Source of the DNA: Balanoglossus misakiensis
Taxonomy: Eukaryota > Animalia > Hemichordata
DNA length: 64,000 bases
Reading direction: 5' to 3'
Assembly (NCBI GenBank): GCA_040954595.2
Contig: CM082598.2
Coordinates: forward strand, 6,711,097 to 6,775,096
This document shows, one piece after another, positions 51,426 through 63,100 of the stretch (its first letter is position 1; the number at the start of each line of letters is the position of its first letter). The position numbers and the translations under genes are program-made. The notes under the pieces are model-generated. The model was not told the origin of the DNA. It searched no databases and saw only the letters and a list, made by a program, of their open reading frames with translations.

Positions 51426-52472
51426 CTATCTTGGAGTCCCGCGCGTCTGTTGGACAATGGCTCCGATGGCTTCCTCAAAAACGTACATGAGTTTCTGCCC
51501 ATTTTCATAGCTTACTAGTTTCTTATAGTTCACATATGACTTGACTCCTTTCTCTTGAAGTTCTTTTCTTTTCTGGAAGAGCCTCTTCCTTATGTCCCTT
51601 GTTCGTCTCGAGAAGTCTTCATCAACGTATATGTTTGTGCCTTTCAGCTCTTTCCGCTTTGACAATATGGCGTCTTTGTCCTTCCACTTGCAGCACATTG
51701 CGACGATCGGTCGACATCCTCTAGGGCCATTCGCTAGTCTATGTACTCTTTCAAATTCTACTGTGCTTCCAATTCTCATCTTATCGCAGAGTATTTTATT
51801 TACCTTTCTCTCCGTTTCCTCCCAGGTTTCGTTTGGTTCTTCTTCTATTCCACGGAATATGACGTTATTCCGCCTACTTCGGTCTTCCAATTCAGCCTTT
51901 TCTGTACTTAGAACTTCAATTTCTGCCCGCATTCTGCTAATATTTTCTTCTATATCATCTACTTTACACAACTTTTCCTTGTTCTCCTCGGCTGTTTGTG
52001 TTACTTTGTCAATTGCCAGTTCCAGATTTGCCAGTTTTGTTTCCATTCCACCAATTTTCGCACTCATTTTCTTCATCTCGCATTTCATTTCGTTTGTGTT
52101 ACTTTCAATGTCTTTTAGTAACGCCATGAACTTGTCATCTCTGCTGTCCGGTGTTTTTATTTCACCTGAAGCCGTTAGAGTTGTTTGACGGGTATAAGGT
52201 CCAGGATTCATTTCAACATCACCACATTGTTCTAGAATTCTACTCACGAAGGGTGACAAATTCACTGACACCATGCTCGACAGCGTGCCAAAAGACATAG
52301 TTCTCTGACAGTCAGACATCATGTCCATGGGTTTTGTAGCTATTTCTTTGTAGTCCCAACCAGAGTTGTTATACTGCAGGCATTTACTTGTTGAGAAGGA
52401 CAGATTGCCGCTCGTTTCCAGCCACTTGTGAAAGTTGTCAATGGTATCTGTCACACCATACGCAGAAAGCAT
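51426..52472 (-). CDS. LINE ORF1: N-terminal leader, 2A-like motif, coiled coil, L1-type RRM/CTD
   Basis: GDVEMNPGP, heptad-rich region, LEDRSRRNNVIFRGIEE, ERVHRL, RPIV, IYVDEDFS...R..R. Start set at the first in-element Met; the first 62 codons of the ORF-track call are satellite sequence. Confidence 0.9.
   Translation of the reverse strand: MLSAYGVTDTIDNFHKWLETSGNLSFSTSKCLQYNNSGWDYKEIATKPMDMMSDCQRTMSFGTLSSMVSVNLSPFVSRILEQCGDVEMNPGPYTRQTTLTASGEIKTPDSRDDKFMALLKDIESNTNEMKCEMKKMSAKIGGMETKLANLELAIDKVTQTAEENKEKLCKVDDIEENISRMRAEIEVLSTEKAELEDRSRRNNVIFRGIEEEPNETWEETERKVNKILCDKMRIGSTVEFERVHRLANGPRGCRPIVAMCCKWKDKDAILSKRKELKGTNIYVDEDFSRRTRDIRKRLFQKRKELQEKGVKSYVNYKKLVSYENGQKLMYVFEEAIGAIVQQTRGTPR
52197..52220 (-). 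other. 2A-like (StopGo) ribosome-skipping motif DVEMNPG|P
   Basis: Exact fit to D(V/I)ExNPGP, in context SPFVSRILEQCGDVEMNPGP. Confidence 0.85.
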
Positions 52473-52820
52473 GACGTAACCAACCACAATGCATATGCAT
52501 GGGTATTTGAAGTCGTCTGTAAATCTCCAGGTTAATACGTAGCCAAAAGCACTGTAATTTGACATTGCTAATGCAATGGTGACACTAAATCTGATTCTTT
52601 GTATCAGGTTAATGGCGAAGCAAGCTTGATGATCATCATGGTAGATAGTGATGCAAACACTTCGCTTTGACATGGGTATTTAATGCATATGGGGATTTCA
52701 AGTTAATTGTAAATCCCTGGGTTAATACGTGGCCAAACGCACTGTAATTTGACATTGCTAATGCAATGGTGACATTGAATGTAATTCTTTGCATTAGGGC
52801 AAATGGCGAAGCAAGCTTAA

Positions 52821-54119
52821 AGAGTTTATTACACCTATCAAAAAATATTTTTCATTGTTTGACTGTAAACTAAAATTGCATTCATGATTTGAATTCTGGT
52901 GTCGTTTTTTTTTTATTCTCGTCGATGAATAAATGTTATCCTAATAAATGTTCACCCCTTCAAAAAAATCTCTGTCTGAACGGTCCCGTTACGTGTGACG
53001 TCATTGGGGGCTCTCCTTCGCTTTTAGTCTACAATTCATCGCATCGAGAGGCGTACATGTCGTCTACTTGACTTTTATGGCGTCAACGGTAAACACGGTC
53101 AGTGACGAGGCATTTTGTTGGGAGAGTATAAGATTCAGACAGTAGCGATGGAGAGTTTTGGGCTCTTCGTCGCTGCTTTCAAGGAAATTCCTGTCACAGC
53201 CGTATAGATTTGAACCAGCAAGGCGTGAGGTGAGGTCTCTCCTCAACCTGTTCGGGCTGGTGGGGAATCCGTCGATGTACCGAGCGAAGAAATGCCTGCA
53301 AGCGCGGGTCGAGATTCGCCAGAGTCTTCTCGAGTGGGAAATATAGATTGGTGAATAAGCATCATTTTCTGTTTGTTTGTTTTTATTTTACAATAAATAT
53401 TCAGGGAGTGGTTCAGTGAAACTCAAATATTCTCGTAGCCGATCTGCCTCCCCGATACGGAGGTCTGCGCTCGTCTGATCACCGATATATACACAAAGAA
53501 CCCGGTGCGCGGCACTACGCCATGCCGACACGGTCCGTACTAAAACATCATTGCTGACATCTCAGTTGTGAAAAAAACGTAATGGGACGACAAATTTCAT
53601 ACATAAAAATCACAGATAAACTCCCTGTTCACAAGCGACCGGTTACCCAAAACTGGCATAACACCGGTACAGTTCCATTCATCATTACCTTTACGGTGAT
53701 GTAGTGACCTTTGGGCCGTTTTGTACGAAGCGCTCCAATTTTTCTCTCAGTCCTTTGCTTTTCGGAAATCTATGTACACTATGTACACTACGGATAGTGT
53801 TTTTACAGCCCCGACGACGCATCGTTTGATAATAATGATGGAAACGCGGGACTCTCGCTTTGGGCTAAGCTGTGCAACGATATCACTGTTTACATACTGG
53901 CAACGACTTCCCCCAATGACGTCATGTCACGTGGTCTATACGCGACAAATACGAATTGAGATTTTTTCTGAGGGACATGAATTTCGACGATTTTATTAAT
54001 GAATCATTAATTATAGAAAACCACAGCCAAAATATAATGTCTTGATTTGGATAAAATGGTTATTTTACTAAATGAATCTTTTACACTCAAATGAAATAAA
54101 AATAGGTGTAATAATTCCT
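52821..54119. mobile_element. Non-autonomous Kolobok-type DNA transposon, 1.3 kb, inside the satellite
   Basis: TTAA TSD at 52817-52820 and 54120-54123; TIR ag...ttattacacctat / ataggtgtaataa...ct with AG..CT ends; removal restores caagcttaatgatggatc; internal QPYRFEP relic. Confidence 0.85.
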
Positions 54120-57100
54120 TTAATGATGGATCAGAGTAGATGGTGATGCAAGCTCTGCACTTTGACATAGGTATTTAATGTATTTGCATGGGTATTTAAT
54201 GTTGATTGAAAATTCCTGGGTTAATACGTGTTCAAAAGCACTGTAATTTGACATTGCTAATGCAATGGTGACACTAAATCTGATTCTTTGTATCAGGGTA
54301 AATGGCGAAGCAAGCTTGATGATCATTACGGTAGAGAGTGATGCAAACACTTCGCTTTGACATAGGTATAACATGCATATGGGGATTTCAAGTTGATTAT
54401 AAATCCCTGGGTTAATACGTGTCCAAAAGCAATGTAATTTGACATTGCTTATGCTATAGTGACACTAAAACTGATTCTTTGCATCAGGGCAAATTGTGAA
54501 GCATGCTTGATGATGCGTCAGAGTCAATTCCTGGGTTAATACGTGTCAAAAAGCACTGTAATTTGACATTGCTAATGCAACGGTGACATTGAATCTGATT
54601 CTTTGCATCAGGGTAAATGGCGATGCAAGCTTGATGCTGAATCACGGTAGATAGTGATGCAAACACTTCGCTTTGACATGGGTATTTAATGCATATGGGG
54701 ATTTCAAGTTAATTGTAAATCCCTGGGTTAATTCGTGGCCAAACGCACTGTAATTTGACATTTCTAATGCAATGGTGACATTGAATGTAATTCTTTGCAT
54801 TAGGGCAAATGGCGAAGCAAGCTTAATGATGGATCAGAGTAGATGGTGATGCAAGCTCTGCACTTTGACATAGGTATTTAATGTATTTGCATGGGTATTT
54901 AATGTTGACTGAAAATTCCTGGGTTAATACATGTCCAAAAGCACTGTAATTTGACATTGCTAATGCAATGGTGACATTGAATGTGATTCTTTGCATCAGG
55001 GTAAATGGCAATGCAGGCTTGATGATGCATAATGGTAGAGAGTGATGAAAACACTTCGCTTTGACATGGGTATAAAATGCATATGGGGATTTCAAGTTGA
55101 TTATAAATCCCTCAGTTATTACGTGTCGAAAAGCACTGTAATTTCAAATTGCTAATGCGATGGTGACATTGAATCTGATTCTTTGCATCAGGGCAAATAG
55201 TGAGGCATGCTTGATGATGCAAACACTGCATTTTGACATAGGTATTTAATGCATATGCATGGGTATTTGAAGTTGTCTGTAAATCTCCAGGTTAATACGT
55301 AGCCAAAAGCACTGTAATTTGACATTGCTAATGCAATGGTGACACTAAATCTGATTCTTTGCATCAGGGCAAATAGTGAAGCATGCTTGATGATGCAAAT
55401 ACTGCATTTTGACATAGGTATTTAATGCATATGCATGGGTATTTGAAGTTGTCTGTAAATCTCTAGGTTAATACGTAGCCAAAAGCACTGTAATTTGACA
55501 TTGCTAATGCAATGGTGACACTAAATCTGATTCTTTGTATCAGGGTAAATGGCAAAGCAAGCCTGATGATCATCACGGTAGAGAGTGATGCAAACACTTC
55601 GCTTTGACATGGGTATAAAATGCATATGGGGATTTCAAGTTGATTATAAATCCCTCAGTTAATACGTGTCGAAAAGCACTGTAATTTAAAATTGCTAATG
55701 CGATGGTGACATTGAATCTGATTCTTTGCACTAGGGCAAATAGTGACGCATGCTTGATGATGCAAACACTGCATTTTGACATAGGTATTTAATGCATATG
55801 CATGGGTATTTGAAGTTGTCTGTAAATCTCCAGGTTAATACGTAGCCAAAAGCACTGTAATTTGACATTGCTAATGCAATGGTGACACTAAATCTGATTC
55901 TTTGTATCAGGGTAAATGGCGAAGCAAGCTTGATGATCATTACGGTAGAGAGTGATGCAAACACTTCGCTTTGACATAGGTATAACATGCATATGGGGAT
56001 TTCAAGTTGATTATAAATCCCTGGGTTAATACGTGTCCAAAAGCAATGTAATTTGACATTGCTTATGCTATAGTGACACTAAAACTGATTCTTTGCATCA
56101 GGGCAAATTGTGAAGCATGCTTGATGATGCGTCAGAGTCAATTCCTGGGTTAATACGTGTCAAAAAGCACTGTAATTTGACATTGCTAATGCAACGGTGA
56201 CATTGAATCTGATTCTTTGCATCAGGGTAAATGGCGATGCAAGCTTGATGATGAATCACGGTAGATAGTGATGCAAACACTTCGCTTTGACATGGGTATT
56301 TAATGCATATGGGGATTTCAAGTTAATTGTAAATCCCTGGGTTAATTCGTGGCCAAACGCACTGTAATTTGACATTTCTAATGCAATGGTGACATTGAAT
56401 GTAATTCTTTGCATTAGGGCAAATGGCGAAGCAAGCTTAATGATGGATCAGAGTAGATGGTGATGCAAGCTCTGCACTTTGACATAGGTATTTAATGTAT
56501 TTGCATGGGTATTTAATGTTGACTGAAAATTCCTGGGTTAATACATGTCCAAAAGCACTGTAATTTGACATTGCTAATGCAATGGTGACATTGAATGTGA
56601 TTCTTTGCATCAGGGTAAATGGCAATGCAGGCTTGATGATGCATAATGGTAGAGAGTGATGAAAACACTTCGCTTTGACATGGGTATAAAATGCATATGG
56701 GGATTTCAAGTTGATTATAAATCCCTCAGTTATTACGTGTCGAAAAGCACTGTAATTTCAAATTGCTAATGCGATGGTGACATTGAATCTGATTCTTTGC
56801 ATCAGGGCAAATAGTGAGGCATGCTTGATGATGCAAACACTGCATTTTGACATAGGTATTTAATGCATATGCATATGGGGATTTCAAGTTGATTATAAAT
56901 CCCTCAGTTATAACGTGTCGAAAAGCACTGTAATTTCAAATTGCTAATGCGATGGTGACATTGAATCTGATTCTTTGCATCAGGGCAAATAGTGAGGCAT
57001 GCTTGATGATGCAAACACTGCATTTTGACATAGGTATTTAATGCATATGCATGGGTATTTGAAGTTGTCTGTAAATCTCCAGGTTAATACGTAGCCAAAA

Positions 57101-60100
57101 GCACTGTAATTTGACATTGCTAATGCAATGGTGACACTAAATCTGATTCTTTGCATCAGGGCAAATAGTGAAGCATGCTTGATGATGCAAATACTGCATT
57201 TTGACATAGGTATTTAATGCATATGCATGGGTATTTGAAGTTGTCTGTAAATCTCTAGGTTAATACGTAGCCAAAAGCACTGTAATTTGACATTGCTAAT
57301 GCAATGGTGACACTAAATCTGATTCTTTGTATCAGGGTAAATGGCAAAGCAAGCCTGATGATCATCACGGTAGAGAGTGATGCAAACACTTCACTTTGAC
57401 ATGGGTATAAAATGCATATGGGGATTTCAAGTTGATTATAAATCCCTCAGTTAATACGTGTCGAAAAGCACTGTAATTTAAAATTGCTAATGCGATGGTG
57501 ACATTGAATCTGATTCTTTGCACTAGGGCAAATAGTGACGCATGCTTGATGATGCAAACACTGCATTTTGACATAGGTATTTAATGCATATGCATGGGTA
57601 TTTGAAGTTGTCTGTAAATCTCCAGGTTAATACGTAGCCAAAAGCACTGTAATTTGACATTGCTAATGCAATGGTGACACTAAATCTGATTCTTTGTATC
57701 AGGGTAAATGGCGAAGCAAGCTTGATGATCATTACGGTAGAGAGTGATGCAAACACTTCGCTTTGACATAGGTATAACATGCATATGGGGATTTCAAGTT
57801 GATTATAAATCCCTGGGTTAATACGTGTCCAAAAGCAATGTAATTTGACATTGCTTATGCTATAGTGACACTAAAACTGATTCTTTGCATCAGGGCAAAT
57901 TGTGAAGCATGCTTGATGATGCGTCAGAGTCAATTCCTGGGTTAATACGTGTCAAAAAGCACTGTAATTTGACATTGCTAATGCAACGGTGACATTGAAT
58001 CTGATTCTTTGCATCAGGGTAAATGGCGATGCAAGCTTGATGATGAATCACGGTAGATAGTGATGCAAACACTTCGCTTTGACATGGGTATTTAATGCAT
58101 ATGGGGATTTCAAGTTAATTGTAAATCCCTGGGTTAATTCGTGGCCAAACGCACTGTAATTTGACATTTCTAATGCAATGGTGACATTGAATGTAATTCT
58201 TTGCATTAGGGCAAATGGCGAAGCAAGCTTAATGATGGATCAGAGTAGATGGTGATGCAAGCTCTGCACTTTGACATAGGTATTTAATGTATTTGCATGG
58301 GTATTTAATGTTGACTGAAAATTCCTGGGTTAATACATGTCCAAAAGCACTGTAATTTGACATTGCTAATGCAATGGTGACATTGAATGTGATTCTTTGC
58401 ATCAGGGTAAATGGCAATGCAGGCTTGATGATGCATAATGGTAGAGAGTGATGAAAACACTTCGCTTTGACATGGGTATAAAATGCATATGGGGATTTCA
58501 AGTTGATTATAAATCCCTCAGTTATTACGTGTCGAAAAGCACTGTAATTTCAAATTGCTAATGCGATGGTGACATTGAATCTGATTCTTTGCATCAGGGC
58601 AAATAGTGAGGCATGCTTGATGATGCAAACACTGCATTTTGACATAGGTATTTAATGCATATGCATGGGTATTTGAAGTTGTCTGTAAATCTCCAGGTTA
58701 ATACGTAGCCAAAAGCACTGTAATTTGACATTGCTAATGCAATGGTGACACTAAATCTGATTCTTTGCATCAGGGCAAATAGTGAAGCATGCTTGATGAT
58801 GCAAATACTGCATTTTGACATAGGTATTTAATGCATATGCATGGGTATTTGAAGTTGTCTGTAAATCTCTAGGTTAATACGTAGCCAAAAGCACTGTAAT
58901 TTGACATTGCTAATGCAATGGTGACACTAAATCTGATTCTTTGTATCAGGGTAAATGGCAAAGCAAGCCTGATGATCATCACGGTAGAGAGTGATGCAAA
59001 CACTTCGCTTTGACATGGGTATAAAATGCATATGGGGATTTCAAGTTGATTATAAATCCCTCAGTTAATACGTGTCGAAAAGCACTGTAATTTAAAATTG
59101 CTAATGCGATGGTGACATTGAATCTGATTCTTTGCATCAGGGCAAATAGTGACGCATGCTTGATGATGCAAACACTGCATTTTGACATAGGTATTTAATG
59201 CATATGCATGGGTATTTGAAGTTGTCTGTAAATCTCCAGGTTAATACGTAGCCAAAAGCACTGTAATTTGACATTGCTAATGCAATGGTGACACTAAATC
59301 TGATTCTTTGTATCAGGGTAAATGGCGAAGCAAGCTTGATGATCATTACGGTAGAGAGTGATGCAAACACTTCGCTTTGACATAGGTATAACATGCATAT
59401 GGGGATTTCAAGTTGATTATAAATCCCTGGGTTAATACGTGTCCAAAAGCAATGTAATTTGACATTGCTTATGCTATAGTGACACTAAAACTGATTCTTT
59501 GCATCAGGGCAAATTGTGAAGCATGCTTGATGATGCGTCAGAGTCAATTCCTGGGTTAATACGTGTCAAAAAGCACTGTAATTTGACATTGCTAATGCAA
59601 CGGTGACATTGAATCTGATTCTTTGCATCAGGGTAAATGGCGATGCAAGCTTGATGATGAATCACGGTAGATAGTGATGCAAATTAACACTTCGCTTTGA
59701 CATGGGTATTTAATGCATATGGGGATTTCAAGTTAATTGTAAATCCCTGGGTTAATTCGTGGCCAAACGCACTGTAATTTGACATTTCTAATGCAATGGT
59801 GACATTGAATGTAATTCTTTGCATTAGGGCAAATGGCGAAGCAAGCTTAATGATGGATCAGAGTAGATGGTCATGCAAGCTCTGCACTTTGACATAGGTA
59901 TTTAATGTATTTGCATGGGTATTTAATGTTGACTGAAAATTCCTGGGTTAATACGTGTCCAAAAGCACTGTAATTTGACATTGCTAATGCAATGGTGACA
60001 TTGAATGTGATTCTTTGCATCAGGGTAAATGGCAATGCAGGCTTGATGATGCATAATGGTAGAGAGTGATGAAAACACTTCGCTTTGACATGGGTATAAA

Positions 60101-63100
60101 ATGCATATGGGGATTTCAAGTTGATTATAAATCCCTCAGTTATTACGTGTCGAAAAGCACTGTAATTTCAAATTGCTAATGCGATGGTGACATTGAATCT
60201 GATTCTTTGCATCAGGGCAAATAGTGAGGCATGCTTGATGATGCAAACACTGCATTTTGACATAGGTATTTAATGCATATGCATGGGTATTTGAAGTTGT
60301 CTGTAAATCTCCAGGTTAATACGTAGCCAAAAGCACTGTAATTTGACATTGCTAATGCAATGGTGACACTAAATCTGATTCTTTGCATCAGGGCAAATAG
60401 TGAAGCATGCTTGATGATGCAAATACTGCATTTTGACATAGGTATTTAATGCATATGCATGGGTATTTGAAGTTGTCTGTAAATCTCTAGGTTAATACGT
60501 AGCCAAAAGCACTGTAATTTGACATTGCTAATGCAATGGTGACACTAAATCTGATTCTGTGTATCAGGGTAAATGGCAAAGCAAGCCTGATGATCATCAC
60601 GGTAGAGAGTGATGCAAACACTTCGCTTTGACATGGGTATAAAATGCATATGGGGATTTCAAGTTGATTATAAATCCCTCAGTTAATACGTGTCGAAAAG
60701 CACTGTAATTTAAAATTGCTAATGCGATGGTGACATTGAATCTGATTCTTTGCATCAGGGCAAATAGTGACGCATGCTTGATGATGCAAACACTGCATTT
60801 TGACATAGGTATTTAATGCATATGCATGGGTATTTGAAGTTGTCTGTAAATCTCCAGGTTAATACGTAGCCAAAAGCACTGTAATTTGACATTGCTAATG
60901 CAATGGAGACACTAAATCTGATTCTTTGTATCAGGGTAAATGGCGAAGCAAGCTTGATGATCATCACGGTAGAGAGTGATGCAAACACTTCGCTTTGACA
61001 TAGGTATAACATGCATATGGGGATTTCAAGTTGATTATAAATCCCTGGGTTATTACGTGTCCAAAAGCACTGTAATTTGACATTGCTTATGCTATAGTGA
61101 CGCTAAAACTGATTCTTTGCATCAGGGCAAATTGTGAAGCATTCTTGATGATGCGTCAGAGTCAATTCCTGGGTTAATACGTGTCAAAAAGCACTGTAAT
61201 TTGACATTGCTAATGCAACGGTGACATTGAATCTGATTCTTTGCATCAGGGTAAATGGCGATGCAAGCTTGATGATGAATCACGGTAGATAGTGATGCAA
61301 ACACTTCGCTTTGACATGGGTATTTAATGCATATGGGGATTTCAAGTTAATTGTAAATCCCTGGGTTAATACGTGGCCAAACGCACTGTAATTTGACATT
61401 GCTAATGCAATGGTGACATTGAATGTAATTCTTTGCATTAGGGCAAATGGCGAAGCAAGCTTAATGATGGATCAGAGTAGATGGTGATGCAAGCTCTGCA
61501 CTTTGACATAGGTATTTAATGTATTTGCATGGGTATTTAATGTTGACTGAAAATTCCTGGGTTAATACGTGTCCAAAAGCACTGTTATTTGACATTGCTA
61601 ATGCAATGGTGACATTGAATGTGCTTCTTTGCATCAGGGTAAATGGCAATGCAGGCTTGATGATGCATAATGGTAGAGAGTGATGAAAACACTTCGCTTT
61701 GACATGGGTATAAAATGCATATGGGGATTTCAAGTTGATTATAAATCCCTCATTTATTACGTGTCGAAAAGCACTGTAATTTAAAATTGCTAATGCGATG
61801 GTGACATTGAATCTGATTCTTTGCATCAGGGCAAATAGTGAAGCATGCTTGATGATGCAAACACTGCATTTTGACATAGGTATTTAATGCATATGCATGG
61901 GTATTTGAAGTTGTCTGTAAATCTCCAGGTTAATACGTAGCCAAAAGCACTGTAATTTGACATTGCTAATGCAATGGTGACACTAAATCTGATTCTTTGT
62001 ATCAGGGTAAATGGCGAAGCAAGCTTGATGATCATCACGGTAGAGAGTGATGCAAACACTTCGCTTTGACATAGGTATAACATGCATATGGGGATTTCAA
62101 ATTGATTATAAATCCCTGGGTTAATACGTGTCCAAAAGCACTGTAATTTGACATTGCGTATGCAATTGTGACGCTAAAACTGATTCTTTGCATCAGGGCA
62201 AATTGTGAAGCATGCTTGATGATGCGTCAGAGTCAATTCCTGGGTTAATACGTGTCAAAAAGCACTGTAATTTGACATTGCGTATGCAATTGTGACGCTA
62301 AAACTGATTCTTTGCATCAGGGCAAATTGTGAAGCATGCTTGATGATGCGTCAGAGTCAATTCCTGGGTTAATACGTGTCAAAAAGCACTGTAATTTGAC
62401 ATTGGTAATGCAACGGTGACATTGAATCTGATTCTTTGCATTAGGGCAAATGGCGAAGCAAGCTTAATGATGGATCAGAGTAGATGGTGATGCAAGCTCT
62501 GCACTTTGACATAGGTATTTAATGTATTTGCATGGGTATTTAATGTTGACTGAAAATTCCTGGGTTAATACGTGTCCAAAAGCACTGTTATTTGACATTG
62601 CTAATGCAATGGTGACATTGAATGTGCTTCTTTGCATCAGGGTAAATGGCAATGCAGGCTTGATGATGCATAATGGTAGAGAGTGATGAAAACACTTCGC
62701 TTTGACGTTGATATAAAATGCATATGGGGATTTCAAGTTGATTATAAATCCCTCAGTTATTACGTGTCGAAAAGCACTGTAATTTAAAATTGCTAATGCG
62801 ATGGTGACATTGAATCTGATTCTTTGCATCAGGGCAAATAGTGAAGCATGCTTGATGATGCAAACACTGCATTTTGACATAGGTATTTAATGCATATGCA
62901 TGGGTATTTGAAGTTGTCTGTAAATCTCCAGGTTAATACGTAGCCAAAAGCACTGTAATTTGACATTGCTAATGCAATGGTGACACTAAATCTGATTCTT
63001 TGTATCAGGGTAAATGGCGAAGCAAGCTTGATGATCATCACGGTAGAGAGTGATGCAAACACTTCGCTTTGACATAGGTATAACATGCATATGGGGATTT

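Larger units (their letters stand above)
47837..52487 (-). mobile_element. Young non-LTR retrotransposon, RTE group (RTEX-like), 4651 bp, probably slightly 5'-truncated
   Basis: TSD aatgcatatgc at 47826-47836 and 52488-52498; two uninterrupted ORFs; AATAAA (47852-47857) then (ATT)n tail; NYRGITLL motif and C-terminal CxxC..EDEFH....C. Confidence 0.95.

Noticed and set aside
51592-52188. 198-aa plus-strand ORF
   Set aside because: Antisense to LINE ORF1; no independent evidence.
47837-52487. Assignment of the LINE to CR1/L2
   Set aside because: NYRGI motif, clear TSD and C-terminal Cys/His motif fit the RTE group better; an RT phylogeny is needed to settle the clade.
52488-52673. First 62 aa of the 415-aa ORF-track protein as native ORF1
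   Set aside because: Lies in and beyond the TSD and is satellite sequence.
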